Of a stretch of 64,000 bases of DNA, positions 16,595 through 25,423 are shown piece after piece. The stretch is taken from assembly GCA_902590355.1 (NCBI GenBank), contig CACIWI010000001.1:1723-65722 (forward strand). Reading direction: 5' to 3'. This DNA comes from an uncultured Prochlorococcus sp. GTDB lineage: Bacteria; Cyanobacteriota; Cyanobacteriia; PCC-6307; Cyanobiaceae. The notes below the pieces were generated by a model. It did no database searches. It was not told the origin of the DNA and worked only from the letters and a program-made list of their open reading frames with translations. Every line of letters begins with the position of its first letter. The first letter of the stretch is position 1. The position numbers were made by a program, and so were the translations under genes.

Positions 16595-18400
16595 TCAGCC
16601 AATTGTTTTGCCATCATTTCTGCTGATTGCAACAATAGCCGATCTGGGTACTGAGCTCCCACCATCAGGAAAGTGACATTTGTCAGGATTATTTTCACCT
16701 GGATGCTGGACTCCTACAAACATAGTCTTTTTATCACTACTCCATGTGATACCAGTGATTTCACACTCTTTAGGACCTACTAAAAATCTGTCAATTTTAC
16801 CTGTCCTAGGATTTGCGCATAACATTTGGTTATTACCCATTCCTTCAAAGGCTCCTTGATTAGTATATTTACCATCAGTTTGTATCCATAAGTTACCTTT
16901 TGAATCAAATGCGATTCCATCAGGTGAATTAAACATATTATCCTTCGTAATATTTTCAGAGCCCTTCATTAAACCTTCACCAACAACAGGATTACCAGCC
17001 ATTGCAAATAAATCCCATTTAAACCCGTCAGCGGCATGTTCATTATTGTCAGGAGTCCATCGAACTATTTGACCATATGGATTTTCGACTCTTGGGTTAA
17101 CTGCATTAAGAGGTTGATTAGGTTTAACACCTCTATTTTTATTATTAGTTAAGGCACAATACGCCTCCACTTTATTAGGATTTGCAGCCACCCATTCAGG
17201 TCGATCCATAGTTGTTGCACCAACTTGGGTTGCCGCCATCCTTGTGAAAATACTAATATCTGAATCGCTCATTCCCGATTCTTTTAAATTAACCCATCTC
17301 CCGGTTCCATTCTCATTAAAAATCGCCACAAATAAATCACCTTCCGTTAATAGATCATAATTTGATGCAGCTCCTTTTATGTACTTTCCTTTTGAAACGA
17401 ATTTGTATAGATGCTCTCCTCTTTCATCATCTCCCATATAGGCAACAACTTGACCATTCTTGGAGACAACAACTTCACAGTTTTCATGTTTAAATCTACC
17501 CATTGCCGTCTGTTTCCTTGGCATTGATTGTGGCTTAGAGGGATCAATTTCAGTAATATAACCATGCCTATTAATTTCATTCGGATTTTTTACAACATCA
17601 AATCTATCCTGATTCATAACCCAGTTGTAACCCCAATCTTTAGTTTTAACCCCATATCTTTTCAAATCTGCTGACAGATTTGCATTAGGGTCTGATGGAG
17701 ATGAGAAATAACCGTGAAAATTCTCTTCACAAGCTAAATAAGTTCCCCAGGGAGTTCTGCCATTACCACAATTATTAAATGTACCTCTTGCTAATTTGCC
17801 TGTTTGATCCTCATCTGTTTTAAGTAATGGATGACCTGCAGCCGGTCCGTCTATAGCCACTTTCGTATCTGCAGTAATTTTTCTGTTATAAAGAGAATCT
17901 TTAACTATTTCCCACTTCCTACCTTTTTGTGCAACTTCAAAAATCGATACTCCATGTGCAGCCATGCCTTTTCTAACATCATCAGGTGTTTCAGGAAGCC
18001 CACTAGCACGGTTACCATAAATTATTTTTCTATTACAGTATTCATTATTGACTGCAAGTACTGACTTGCCATTAACCTCAAAAAGACTCATTCCATCATT
18101 GTTATCTCCAAATGATAGTTCTTGCGACTCCCCAGTTCCTCTTGTTTGCTGATCAAATTCAGGGGCTCCGCTCCATAATGGATCACCCCAAGCTGCAACC
18201 GTATGCCAACTAAAACCTTTTGGGACAGTAATTGTATCTTTACTATTGGCTGCTAAAGGTGTAAAACTAATGCCATTAAAGTCTGAACCAAATCCAATTG
18301 CTTTGCTTGGAATAGTGGCAGCAGCAAAAGCACCTATTCCTATAGCAAATGAACCCTGAAGAAATTTTCTTCTTGAAACAACTTCGTTAAAATCAGACAC
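16595..18400 (-). CDS. phoX: PhoX-family alkaline phosphatase, Tat-exported
   Basis: SRRKFL Tat motif; NNDGM, NNEY, NCGNGRTPWGTYLACEEN, GRFKHE, MDRPEW, SPDG, QTDG, EITG, VQHPGE motifs. Confidence 0.95.
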   Translation of the reverse strand: MSDFNEVVSRRKFLQGSFAIGIGAFAAATIPSKAIGFGSDFNGISFTPLAANSKDTITVPKGFSWHTVAAWGDPLWSGAPEFDQQTRGTGESQELSFGDNNDGMSLFEVNGKSVLAVNNEYCNRKIIYGNRASGLPETPDDVRKGMAAHGVSIFEVAQKGRKWEIVKDSLYNRKITADTKVAIDGPAAGHPLLKTDEDQTGKLARGTFNNCGNGRTPWGTYLACEENFHGYFSSPSDPNANLSADLKRYGVKTKDWGYNWVMNQDRFDVVKNPNEINRHGYITEIDPSKPQSMPRKQTAMGRFKHENCEVVVSKNGQVVAYMGDDERGEHLYKFVSKGKYIKGAASNYDLLTEGDLFVAIFNENGTGRWVNLKESGMSDSDISIFTRMAATQVGATTMDRPEWVAANPNKVEAYCALTNNKNRGVKPNQPLNAVNPRVENPYGQIVRWTPDNNEHAADGFKWDLFAMAGNPVVGEGLMKGSENITKDNMFNSPDGIAFDSKGNLWIQTDGKYTNQGAFEGMGNNQMLCANPRTGKIDRFLVGPKECEITGITWSSDKKTMFVGVQHPGENNPDKCHFPDGGSSVPRSAIVAISRNDGKTIG

Positions 18401-18438
18401 AACATAAAAGTGATAACTAATTTAAAAATCTATCTCTA

Positions 18439-18457
18439 AAGTTAAATTTAATTTAAG
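18439..18457 (-). promoter_or_regulatory. putative Pho box
   Basis: CTTAAATT-aaa-TTTAACTT, 11-bp-period PyTTAAPyPy(T/A) repeats about 40-57 bp upstream of phoX; AT-rich, so weak. Confidence 0.45.
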
Positions 18458-18526
18458 GAGTTTCTAAAGTTTAAAATCAGCACGAAAAGAGCATAAGAGT
18501 TAAGTTGCTTTCTAATAAAAAACTTG

Positions 18527-18575
18527 TTGACTCTTCCCCTTTACTAGTGCTATAAATATTAGTACACTTGTACTA
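18527..18575 (+). promoter_or_regulatory. sigma70 promoter with cyanobacterial LexA box
   Basis: TTGACT-N18-TATAAA followed by TAGTACACTTGTACTA (18560-18575). Confidence 0.75.
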
Positions 18576-18582
18576 TATAGCT

Positions 18583-18810
18583 ATGGAGGACTGGGAGGAA
18601 TGGGATTATCTAGAGGACGAAATATTAGTAAGAAAACGACGGAAGATTTGTATTACCTGCAATCACTTCAGGTACAGCACGACAAGTTCTTGTGTCACCA
18701 TCCTTACCTGTCCGTTTCATCAAAAGCTTATTCCTCAAGGTGATCATCTAATTAAGGGATGTAGGTATTGGAAAGAAAACAGTAGGATCTTTGCCCCAGA
18801 AGCCGCTTGA
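18583..18810 (+). CDS. small Cys-rich protein, putatively SOS-regulated
   Basis: CxxCxHF...C...C..H...C pattern; ATG 18583 just after the LexA box. Confidence 0.7.
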   Translation: MEDWEEWDYLEDEILVRKRRKICITCNHFRYSTTSSCVTILTCPFHQKLIPQGDHLIKGCRYWKENSRIFAPEAA

Positions 18811-18864
18811 AATCCACAGAACAAAATTCATCGCTTCTATCATAAAGACAATTACAAACTTCTA

Positions 18865-19047
18865 ATGAAATCTCTTCTTGCAAGTAATAGATCAAAAGCC
18901 ATATTAGGTATTGGAATATTAGCTATTGGTATTGGTGCGATATCAAAAAAAGTTATCAGCTACCCATCAGGAGGATGTATGAAAGGAGCTCAAGAAATGA
19001 CCTTTAATTTGAATAAAGCCATTCTCAATAAGCCCTGGATAAGCTGA
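18865..19047 (+). CDS. small TM protein
   Basis: Paralog at 63114-63263 (shared ISKKVI.YP.G.C.KG.QE.TFN). Confidence 0.65.
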   Translation: MKSLLASNRSKAILGIGILAIGIGAISKKVISYPSGGCMKGAQEMTFNLNKAILNKPWIS

Positions 19048-19438
19048 AATCTGAAAAGTTAAATATGGTTGCTTACCAAACTTTAGCTGCAAATAATTGC
19101 TATTAGTATAGTTACAGCTGGTGTACTGGTAAGGTACCAATAAGCTTTTTAACCTTGGAGGTACAAATAACACTCAAAACAAACCCCAAAGAAAAACTTT
19201 ATTAGGAGATGGAATGTTGCTTATGAATTACTCATTAAATAGTTTTATCCTTTTTTTTAACTTTTTAATTGGTTTTGACGTTGTATTGTCGTCCATCTTT
19301 TGTCCAATATCCCACTTTAAGTCCACTTGACCACGGATAGTCTTTATAAATCCTTTTATATACCTACTGTTTGTTGGCATGGTAGTACTGTCATGTGGAC
19401 AGGTCTTCACTAAAAATGGACTTATTACCTTTAGGCAA

Positions 19439-19478
19439 GCGGACTAAATCCTCGTGGAGTTTACAGACTTTAGCCCGC
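19439..19478 (-). ncRNA. conserved hairpin element copy 2
   Basis: See copy 1; stem needs a G-U pair on the minus strand. Confidence 0.5.
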
Positions 19479-19716
19479 TTTATTTTTATAGCTATGGAAA
19501 TTTTAAATGGCAACAAGGATCTCAAATAAGACTTACTAGATTAATTAAAATATAATTTTCTCGATCTTTCGTGATCTGTTCCTAGCATTTTATCCATATT
19601 GAAATTCAATTGTTGATCCTTTATCCGTAAATGTCTGTACCTCAAACCGTACATATCTTTTAGTCAGTTTATGAGTCTGCCTAGTTAGAACGTAGTAGTA
19701 ACAGTCATGAGTTCAA

Positions 19717-19902
19717 ATGTCTTCAACACCAATCAGATCTTGTAAAAAATATGTATTAAGTTACAAAGATTCATCTAATAGTACACATCAAATAGGGTTC
19801 TACGCTCGCGATGCATATGACTGCCTGATGCTTGCTAGAGAATTTAATTCTTACGTACATGACCATCCAAATTCTGTAACCAGAATCCAACAAAAATTTT
19901 GA
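19717..19902 (+). CDS. small hypothetical protein
   Basis: 61 aa; preceded by the conserved 33-bp element. Confidence 0.6.
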   Translation: MSSTPIRSCKKYVLSYKDSSNSTHQIGFYARDAYDCLMLAREFNSYVHDHPNSVTRIQQKF

Positions 19903-19913
19903 GGTAATTAATT

Positions 19914-20102
19914 ATGAAGTTAGAAAGATCACCATTCGCAATACAAGATAAGAATAAAAAAGATCTTGATAATGCAAAGGATTATTCAACTCTTAAAGAT
20001 TTAATGAAAGAACAGGGATTATCAACTGACCTGTCTGATTACTGGGATAAGGAACGTACTGATAATTCATCTAATGTTCACTGCTAGGTATACGATGATT
20101 AG
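19914..20102 (+). pseudogene. CP12-C-terminus-like small protein with premature TAG
   Basis: ...YWDKERTDNSSNVHC*VYDD*; TAG at 20085 removes the CxVYDD tail. Confidence 0.55.
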
Positions 20103-20139
20103 TTATTGATGTTTTTGCTCTAGTATTTTTACTATATAA

Positions 20140-20487
20140 TTACTTTCCTATTTGTGAACCCACACCTTTCTTGAGTTCATTTTTGAATGACTCTTTGCTT
20201 GAGAGTAAGATCTCGTTAATCGAGAATTTATTAAATAATGACTTTCCTATTTGTAATCCCATACCTTTCTTGAGTTCATTTTTATATGCCTCTTTGCTTG
20301 AAAGTATGATATCTTCAATCGAAAATTTATTAAATAAGGATTTTCCTATTTCTGAACCCACACCTCTCTTGAGTTCCTGTTTGTATGCCTCTTTGCTTGA
20401 GAGTGCGATATCTTCAATGTCTAAAAGCTTGTAAAGATCTGAAAAAAATTTCTTTATTTTAGTTGTTACTTCAAAATCCTCAGCCAT
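20140..20487 (-). CDS. protein with three 33-aa tandem repeats
   Basis: IEDI.LSSKEAYK.ELK.G.G..IGKSLFNKFS x~3 (99-bp DNA period). Confidence 0.7.
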   Translation of the reverse strand: MAEDFEVTTKIKKFFSDLYKLLDIEDIALSSKEAYKQELKRGVGSEIGKSLFNKFSIEDIILSSKEAYKNELKKGMGLQIGKSLFNKFSINEILLSSKESFKNELKKGVGSQIGK

Positions 20488-20583
20488 CGTAAAAAAAAAC
20501 AGTTGTATTTATACTATATATAACCTGTGATTTCTTGGCTATAAAACTCATTTAGAGCCATTGGTATGACTTGCTTCTGAGTG

Positions 20584-20612
20584 TTGCCATACCTACAAAA
20601 AAATGCTATAAT
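20584..20612 (+). promoter_or_regulatory. near-consensus sigma70 promoter upstream of excisionase-like gene
   Basis: TTGCCA-N17-TATAAT with extended TGn. Confidence 0.65.
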
Positions 20613-20808
20613 ATTAGCATCGGAAACGAAGTCTAAGGAGACCGTGCTAAGGCACAAAATGAGACACAATCCCGATGAATTATTAGAAGAATAAGTAATA
20701 AATTTAGTCAATATATTCACACTCATCACGCCCTAAGAAGGTACTAAAAAAGTTTGAGTTTTTCGTTTAATTAACTCACTCAGAAACAATTATTTTTTAA
20801 TCCACTTT

Positions 20809-21045
20809 ATGACCACTATTACAATTTCAGAAACAACTAAAGAAAGCCCATGGATGACATTGAATCAAGTAGCAAAATATTTTTCAGTTAGCGAAAGGAC
20901 TATTTCTAGAATGATTGATCACATGAGTTATGGCATTCATTATGTAAAAGCCAATCCATATAAAAAAAGAAGCAAATTAATTTTCCATATTACTCAACTT
21001 GAAAAGCTGTGGAAGACTCCAGTGCCTTCATGTAGACAAAAATAA
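20809..21045 (+). CDS. HTH excisionase/recombination directionality factor-like protein
   Basis: WMTLNQVAKYFSVSERTISRM winged-HTH pattern; small, basic, convergent with the integrase. Confidence 0.7.
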   Translation: MTTITISETTKESPWMTLNQVAKYFSVSERTISRMIDHMSYGIHYVKANPYKKRSKLIFHITQLEKLWKTPVPSCRQK

Positions 21046-21121
21046 ATCAGCATATCTACTCATATACATTTGAAAATAATTATCGTAATTTCATCTTGAT
21101 CTATACAGATCTAAGCAAAAC

Positions 21122-21163
21122 AAAGAGATTGATTTTTTAGCCAGGAAAGTCAATCTTTTTTTT
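21122..21163. terminator. bidirectional terminator between xis-like gene and integrase
   Basis: AGATTGATTTT...GAAAGTCAATCT hairpin flanked by A and T tracts. Confidence 0.6.
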
Positions 21164-21173
21164 ATGTAATTGA

Positions 21174-22523
21174 TTAATCCAGATAATCTTTAAATTTGAT
21201 ATTTGACATTGCTTTTTTTCTTATAGCTTCACTACTTATCCATCGTTGGTAATGTTTTATATGTGTAGATAAATCATGACCCATTGCCATCGCAGCTTCT
21301 CCATCAGATACACCTGACCATCTTTTATCAGTTGCAACTGTAATAGCCCATGTATGTCTCAAGTCATATGGTTTTATATCTCTTGGTTTATCTTCCTTAT
21401 TAATTACACCCTTTGCGTCTGGTATGCGACATCTAAATTTAGGAAGTTTCGCTCTTAATTGTTCTGTAATCCAATTACCTAAATAACTATTGTTATCGCA
21501 TACCCCACGATCATTTGGATCTTCTCCTGTCCATGTTTTCGTCTTATCAAAAGCAGAGACTATATTCATTTTTGCTTTCTTACGAAGTAGGTCTTGATTC
21601 ATTCTGAAGTCCTCTTTTAATTTGTACTTTTTTATCCATTCTGGAAATATAGGAAAAGTCCAATGCTCAAATTTAGATTTAGTTCTCCATTCTCCAGCTA
21701 CATATACCCAACCAAATTCAGTTGAGCTTTTTTCATCTTCTGAAGTAATTTCTTCTATGTGATGTAACTCGTGATTTCTTAATCCATAATTCATCATCAT
21801 CACAAGACACCATGTTTGTAATGGGAAATCATTTTTAATCTTGTCAAAGTATTTCTCTGCTTCATTTCTTGTTGGGATTCCTCTTATATCTCCTATGTCT
21901 GAGTTTGTTAAATACCTTGTTTTCTTTCCTTTTGATTGGTTATGTAATGTTCTTTGTTCTAATAGATTTTCACGCTTTAACCAATCAGGTTCTTTCCCAT
22001 CTTGTTCTTTAATTGCTTGACGTATTTGTTCAAGTCCATCAAGGTTATTTAGAAAACCTCTTTGGTCAATCATATGGTATTTTTTTAACCAATTAATGAT
22101 TGCTTGCCAGTCGAAAGAAGGCTTGTCAGCACTAACTTTATTAATGGTTGCTCTAACGTTCTTAGCACTAGAACCTTTCATCGTTTGTTCTATATATTTT
22201 AAGGTTATTTGCTTTATCTCATCCCATGTCTGTGTAACATCTTGAGTTATTTGAAGAGGTTCATTATTTTTTACTTTTTCTATTAATTGTTTAAAATCTA
22301 GATCACTTGGTAATTCTGAATCTCCAATGTAATTCAGGAGTTTATAAGCACATTGACAATCCTCGTAAAGCTGGTGCTGAAGCGGGTTTAGAGAGTATCT
22401 TTTATTTTTGTTTGCCTTTAGATATATGAAAATATATGGTCTTGTTGGATACTTATAAAAACCATATTTACTACTAATTTCTTCACTATTTATCTTAATT
22501 CTGTCAAAATAACTTAGCTTCAT
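21174..22523 (-). CDS. tyrosine recombinase/integrase
   Basis: YGLRNHE (R), RTKS (K), YDLRHTWA (H/YxxR), MGH...HY catalytic Tyr; adjacent to tRNA att. Confidence 0.92.
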   Translation of the reverse strand: MKLSYFDRIKINSEEISSKYGFYKYPTRPYIFIYLKANKNKRYSLNPLQHQLYEDCQCAYKLLNYIGDSELPSDLDFKQLIEKVKNNEPLQITQDVTQTWDEIKQITLKYIEQTMKGSSAKNVRATINKVSADKPSFDWQAIINWLKKYHMIDQRGFLNNLDGLEQIRQAIKEQDGKEPDWLKRENLLEQRTLHNQSKGKKTRYLTNSDIGDIRGIPTRNEAEKYFDKIKNDFPLQTWCLVMMMNYGLRNHELHHIEEITSEDEKSSTEFGWVYVAGEWRTKSKFEHWTFPIFPEWIKKYKLKEDFRMNQDLLRKKAKMNIVSAFDKTKTWTGEDPNDRGVCDNNSYLGNWITEQLRAKLPKFRCRIPDAKGVINKEDKPRDIKPYDLRHTWAITVATDKRWSGVSDGEAAMAMGHDLSTHIKHYQRWISSEAIRKKAMSNIKFKDYLD

Positions 22524-22610
22524 TATTAACCTTATGATGTAACCCGAAGGTAAATCCTAGTTATAGATTCAAATTAAGCGTAAAGTTTTAATTATATTCG
22601 TCAAGAATTT

Positions 22611-22631
22611 TGTTACACCAATTGTTACACC
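22611..22631. repeat. TGTTACACC x2, putative arm-type sites (proximal end)
   Basis: 12-bp period, same as 3182/3194. Confidence 0.75.
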
Positions 22632-22723
22632 AGGGCTGTTTTTGGGGCTTTTTGAGTGATTTCCTGTCATTTTCTGACGATTTCTAATAATATTCTTAAT
22701 CACTGAAACTAATTGCAAACACT

Positions 22724-22747
22724 AAAAAAGCAGCTGTGAAGCTGCTT
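22724..22747 (-). terminator. tRNA terminator
   Basis: AAGCAGCT-N4-AGCTGCTT plus T tract on the minus strand; duplicated at 3058-3081. Confidence 0.8.
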
Positions 22748-22752
22748 CAAAA

Positions 22753-22829
<77 letters not shown>

Positions 22830-22873
22830 TCATATACATAGCATACATCTGAAAGGGTAATTTTTCCTGTTTT

Positions 22874-23839
22874 TTAGGATTCTTGGAATTTTACTTTACC
22901 TTTAACTTCAAGTCGCACTCCTTCAGGAAAATTAAAAATCTTTTCTTCGATGTCCTGAATTCTTAGGTCAGATATCCACTCTAACTGTTTTAGTAAATGG
23001 AGACTAACAGCATGCTTTGCTCTTTTTGAACCGTCTTCTACTTTTAAAGCTAAACCTATACCTTCATTTACTTTACATAGACACTGTATTCCTTCTGCTC
23101 CACCTTTACTTATAACGTTCCCATGAGAAGCTTTAATTATTTCTGTATCAAATTTATTGTCATCACTTATCATTATTGGGTTTATTGTCATAGATCTACT
23201 GATTTGTTCTAATTCAGCATTTTCGGAACTGCTCAGAAGAGAATATAACCTCGACATTTCCAAAAGTTTTAAATAGAGAGTAGGTGCACCACAATCATCA
23301 CGTGCTGCGTTTATTTCAGATGATGGGATTTTAAGTAATTCAGAAACAATTCTGAATATTTCTATTTGAAGAGGATGATCCCCTTTTAAGTAACTATCTA
23401 ATGGCCAGTTCATTTTTTTGCATGTAGCTAAAAAAGCAGCATGTTTACCCGAGCAATTATGTTCTAATGGACTTGTATTTGATTTTGGGCATTTAAGATT
23501 ATCAATATCAATGTCATATTCCCATAAAATTTTGAATGCTTCCCTTGAATGAAGTTTTGATCCACTATGTGACCCGCATGCTAAAGCAATTGATTTTGAT
23601 TCATTATTGAATTTTGATGAAGCTCCACTACTAACGAAAGGTATTGCTTGAAAAGGTTTTAGTGCTGACCTTATGAAACTTTTATATTCTGGATTTCCTG
23701 CGCACATTAAAACCCTCCCTTTTTTATCAGTAATGACAGCATGAATCTTGTGGATCGACTCAATATTTGATCCTCTCATTAAGGTTGCTTGTAAGGGAGG
23801 ATTGTTTGAAGTGTAGAGGTTTTTGAAATTAGAACTCAT
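22874..23839 (-). CDS. ansA: L-asparaginase II family protein
   Basis: RSALKPFQA, SHSG, HNCSGKH, DDCGAP, KGGAEG motifs. Confidence 0.88.
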   Translation of the reverse strand: MSSNFKNLYTSNNPPLQATLMRGSNIESIHKIHAVITDKKGRVLMCAGNPEYKSFIRSALKPFQAIPFVSSGASSKFNNESKSIALACGSHSGSKLHSREAFKILWEYDIDIDNLKCPKSNTSPLEHNCSGKHAAFLATCKKMNWPLDSYLKGDHPLQIEIFRIVSELLKIPSSEINAARDDCGAPTLYLKLLEMSRLYSLLSSSENAELEQISRSMTINPIMISDDNKFDTEIIKASHGNVISKGGAEGIQCLCKVNEGIGLALKVEDGSKRAKHAVSLHLLKQLEWISDLRIQDIEEKIFNFPEGVRLEVKGKVKFQES

Positions 23840-24334
23840 TTAGAAATTGTTATATTGAAAAATCAAAATACCAGATAAAGCTAAGACTGAAATAATAGAA
23901 AAAATTTGAATTAAATTTTTTAAAATAGGTTTTACCTCGATTAAAGCAATAAGTGATTCTTTTTCTTTCAAAACTAATGGCTTTTCCCATACCTGACCGT
24001 CATACCAACCGGACTCCTCATATTCTACTTTTTCAGATATCAATCTATTAAATATATGATTCCAACCTAGATATAATCTTATTGAAATTAAAAGAGGTAT
24101 TGATAAGCTGCTAAAAAAGCTTAATAGGATATATTTTAAAAGAGATGTTTTGAAATAAACACTACCTGAAGAAATAACAAGAAATAGAACAAAAGTTCCT
24201 ATCCAGAACTTTATCAATATAAGGATTAGTGATTTTTTTGTTTTTGGCCAAGAAAAAATTTTAGATTTTGACAATTCTATGAATTCATTTGTGGGTTGCT
24301 GATCTCTAGGGACAGGGCATTTAGATTGATTCAT
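23840..24334 (-). CDS. CGLD27/Ycf36 (DUF1230) protein
   Basis: CPVP.DQQP.NE and YEESGWYDGQVW. Confidence 0.85.
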   Translation of the reverse strand: MNQSKCPVPRDQQPTNEFIELSKSKIFSWPKTKKSLILILIKFWIGTFVLFLVISSGSVYFKTSLLKYILLSFFSSLSIPLLISIRLYLGWNHIFNRLISEKVEYEESGWYDGQVWEKPLVLKEKESLIALIEVKPILKNLIQIFSIISVLALSGILIFQYNNF

Positions 24335-24343
24335 AAAATAAAA

Positions 24344-24688
24344 TTATGGAAATACAAGATTATCTCCATTACTCCAGAATGATTCAAGGTCATAATATTT
24401 TCTTATTTCTGGTTGAAAAATATTTACTATCAAATCTCCATAATCGAGTAAAGCCCATTTCGCTTCGTTAATCCCTTCTTTTCGTATAGGTTCAACTTTA
24501 GCCTTTTCTCTAAGCTCTCCCTCTACCGAGTTAGTAATAGATCTAACCTGTACATCAGATAAGCCTTCTGCAATCAAAATCCACTCACTTATGAATGATA
24601 CTTTGTCAATTTTTATAAGTTTTATATCTCTTGCCTTTTTTTCATCACATGCTTGGGCTGCTATTAAAACCAAACTTTTATTGTCCAT
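24344..24688 (-). CDS. rsfS: ribosome silencing factor (Iojap)
   Basis: WALLDYGDLIVNIF...RKYYDLESFW; start at MDNK. Confidence 0.92.
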   Translation of the reverse strand: MDNKSLVLIAAQACDEKKARDIKLIKIDKVSFISEWILIAEGLSDVQVRSITNSVEGELREKAKVEPIRKEGINEAKWALLDYGDLIVNIFQPEIRKYYDLESFWSNGDNLVFP

Positions 24689-25316
24689 AAACATTTTCAC
24701 TTGAAACTGATTTTTCTGAGCCTTCTTGCTGAGATAATTCTGATCTTGCTTTTTCTGCACTTTTTCTTAGGGCATCTAATCTATCTTCAAAGAAACTTCT
24801 TTTTTTCTTTTTTCGTGTCTTCTCTATTAACTCCTTTAATGCTCCTCCAAGACTTTTATAAGCATTTGGGATGCTGTATCCAAATCTACAAGCAAGATCT
24901 ATAGCTCTTTCATCTGCATAAATAGCATCTTGAAGCTTTTTCTCAGAATTATTTTTTAAATATAATCTATATCCTGCAAAACTTGATAATCCAAGAGCAA
25001 GTAATAGAAGTAACCCATCTTGTACCCACAACTCTCCTATCGCGCCTCCAAGTCCTATGGCAAGAGCTGCCATTTCCCATCCATCTCTGGGAATTGTGTC
25101 ATTTTGGATTTTCCCAACCTCGTGCCAAAATAATAAATTTCTATGGTCAATAGCAAAGTTATCCCATTCATCTAAATCTATTTGAATTTCTACTTCGTCA
25201 CGACCGATTTCCTCAAGTGTTATTAGAGGTGGATCTATAGCTGCAGCAGCTTCAACAAATACCCAACTTTCATTTTCTGGAGGCAACAAACTTTTAAGTC
25301 GCTGAAGTTCGCTCAT
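24678..25316 (-). CDS. DUF3318 family protein
   Basis: ELQRL..LLP, LLFWHEV, GLGG...ELWVQD. Confidence 0.75.
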   Translation of the reverse strand: MSELQRLKSLLPPENESWVFVEAAAAIDPPLITLEEIGRDEVEIQIDLDEWDNFAIDHRNLLFWHEVGKIQNDTIPRDGWEMAALAIGLGGAIGELWVQDGLLLLLALGLSSFAGYRLYLKNNSEKKLQDAIYADERAIDLACRFGYSIPNAYKSLGGALKELIEKTRKKKKRSFFEDRLDALRKSAEKARSELSQQEGSEKSVSSENVYGQ

Positions 25317-25423
25317 AAAAAATTATTTTCTTTCAATACTATAGAAACAAATGTTGCTTTTCAAGTAACTTGATTAACATCTGATGATTTATAAGTAGCA
25401 TGAGATAAATGAACGTTTAAATT

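Noticed and set aside
19228-19410. 60-aa ORF and nearby 18967-19173 and 20514-20729 ORFs
   Set aside because: Non-ATG starts, no RBS or recognisable features, and overlap with better-supported elements; not called.
3663-20087. Amber read-through or alternative code (in-frame TAG at 3663 and 20085 followed by short tails)
   Set aside because: Only two cases, no suppressor tRNA, and TAG ends normal genes here; ordinary decay is simpler.
21122-21163. Another copy of the 19-bp palindrome (GAAAGTCAATCT)
   Set aside because: Halves are separated by a long loop and flanked by A/T tracts; better explained as a terminator.
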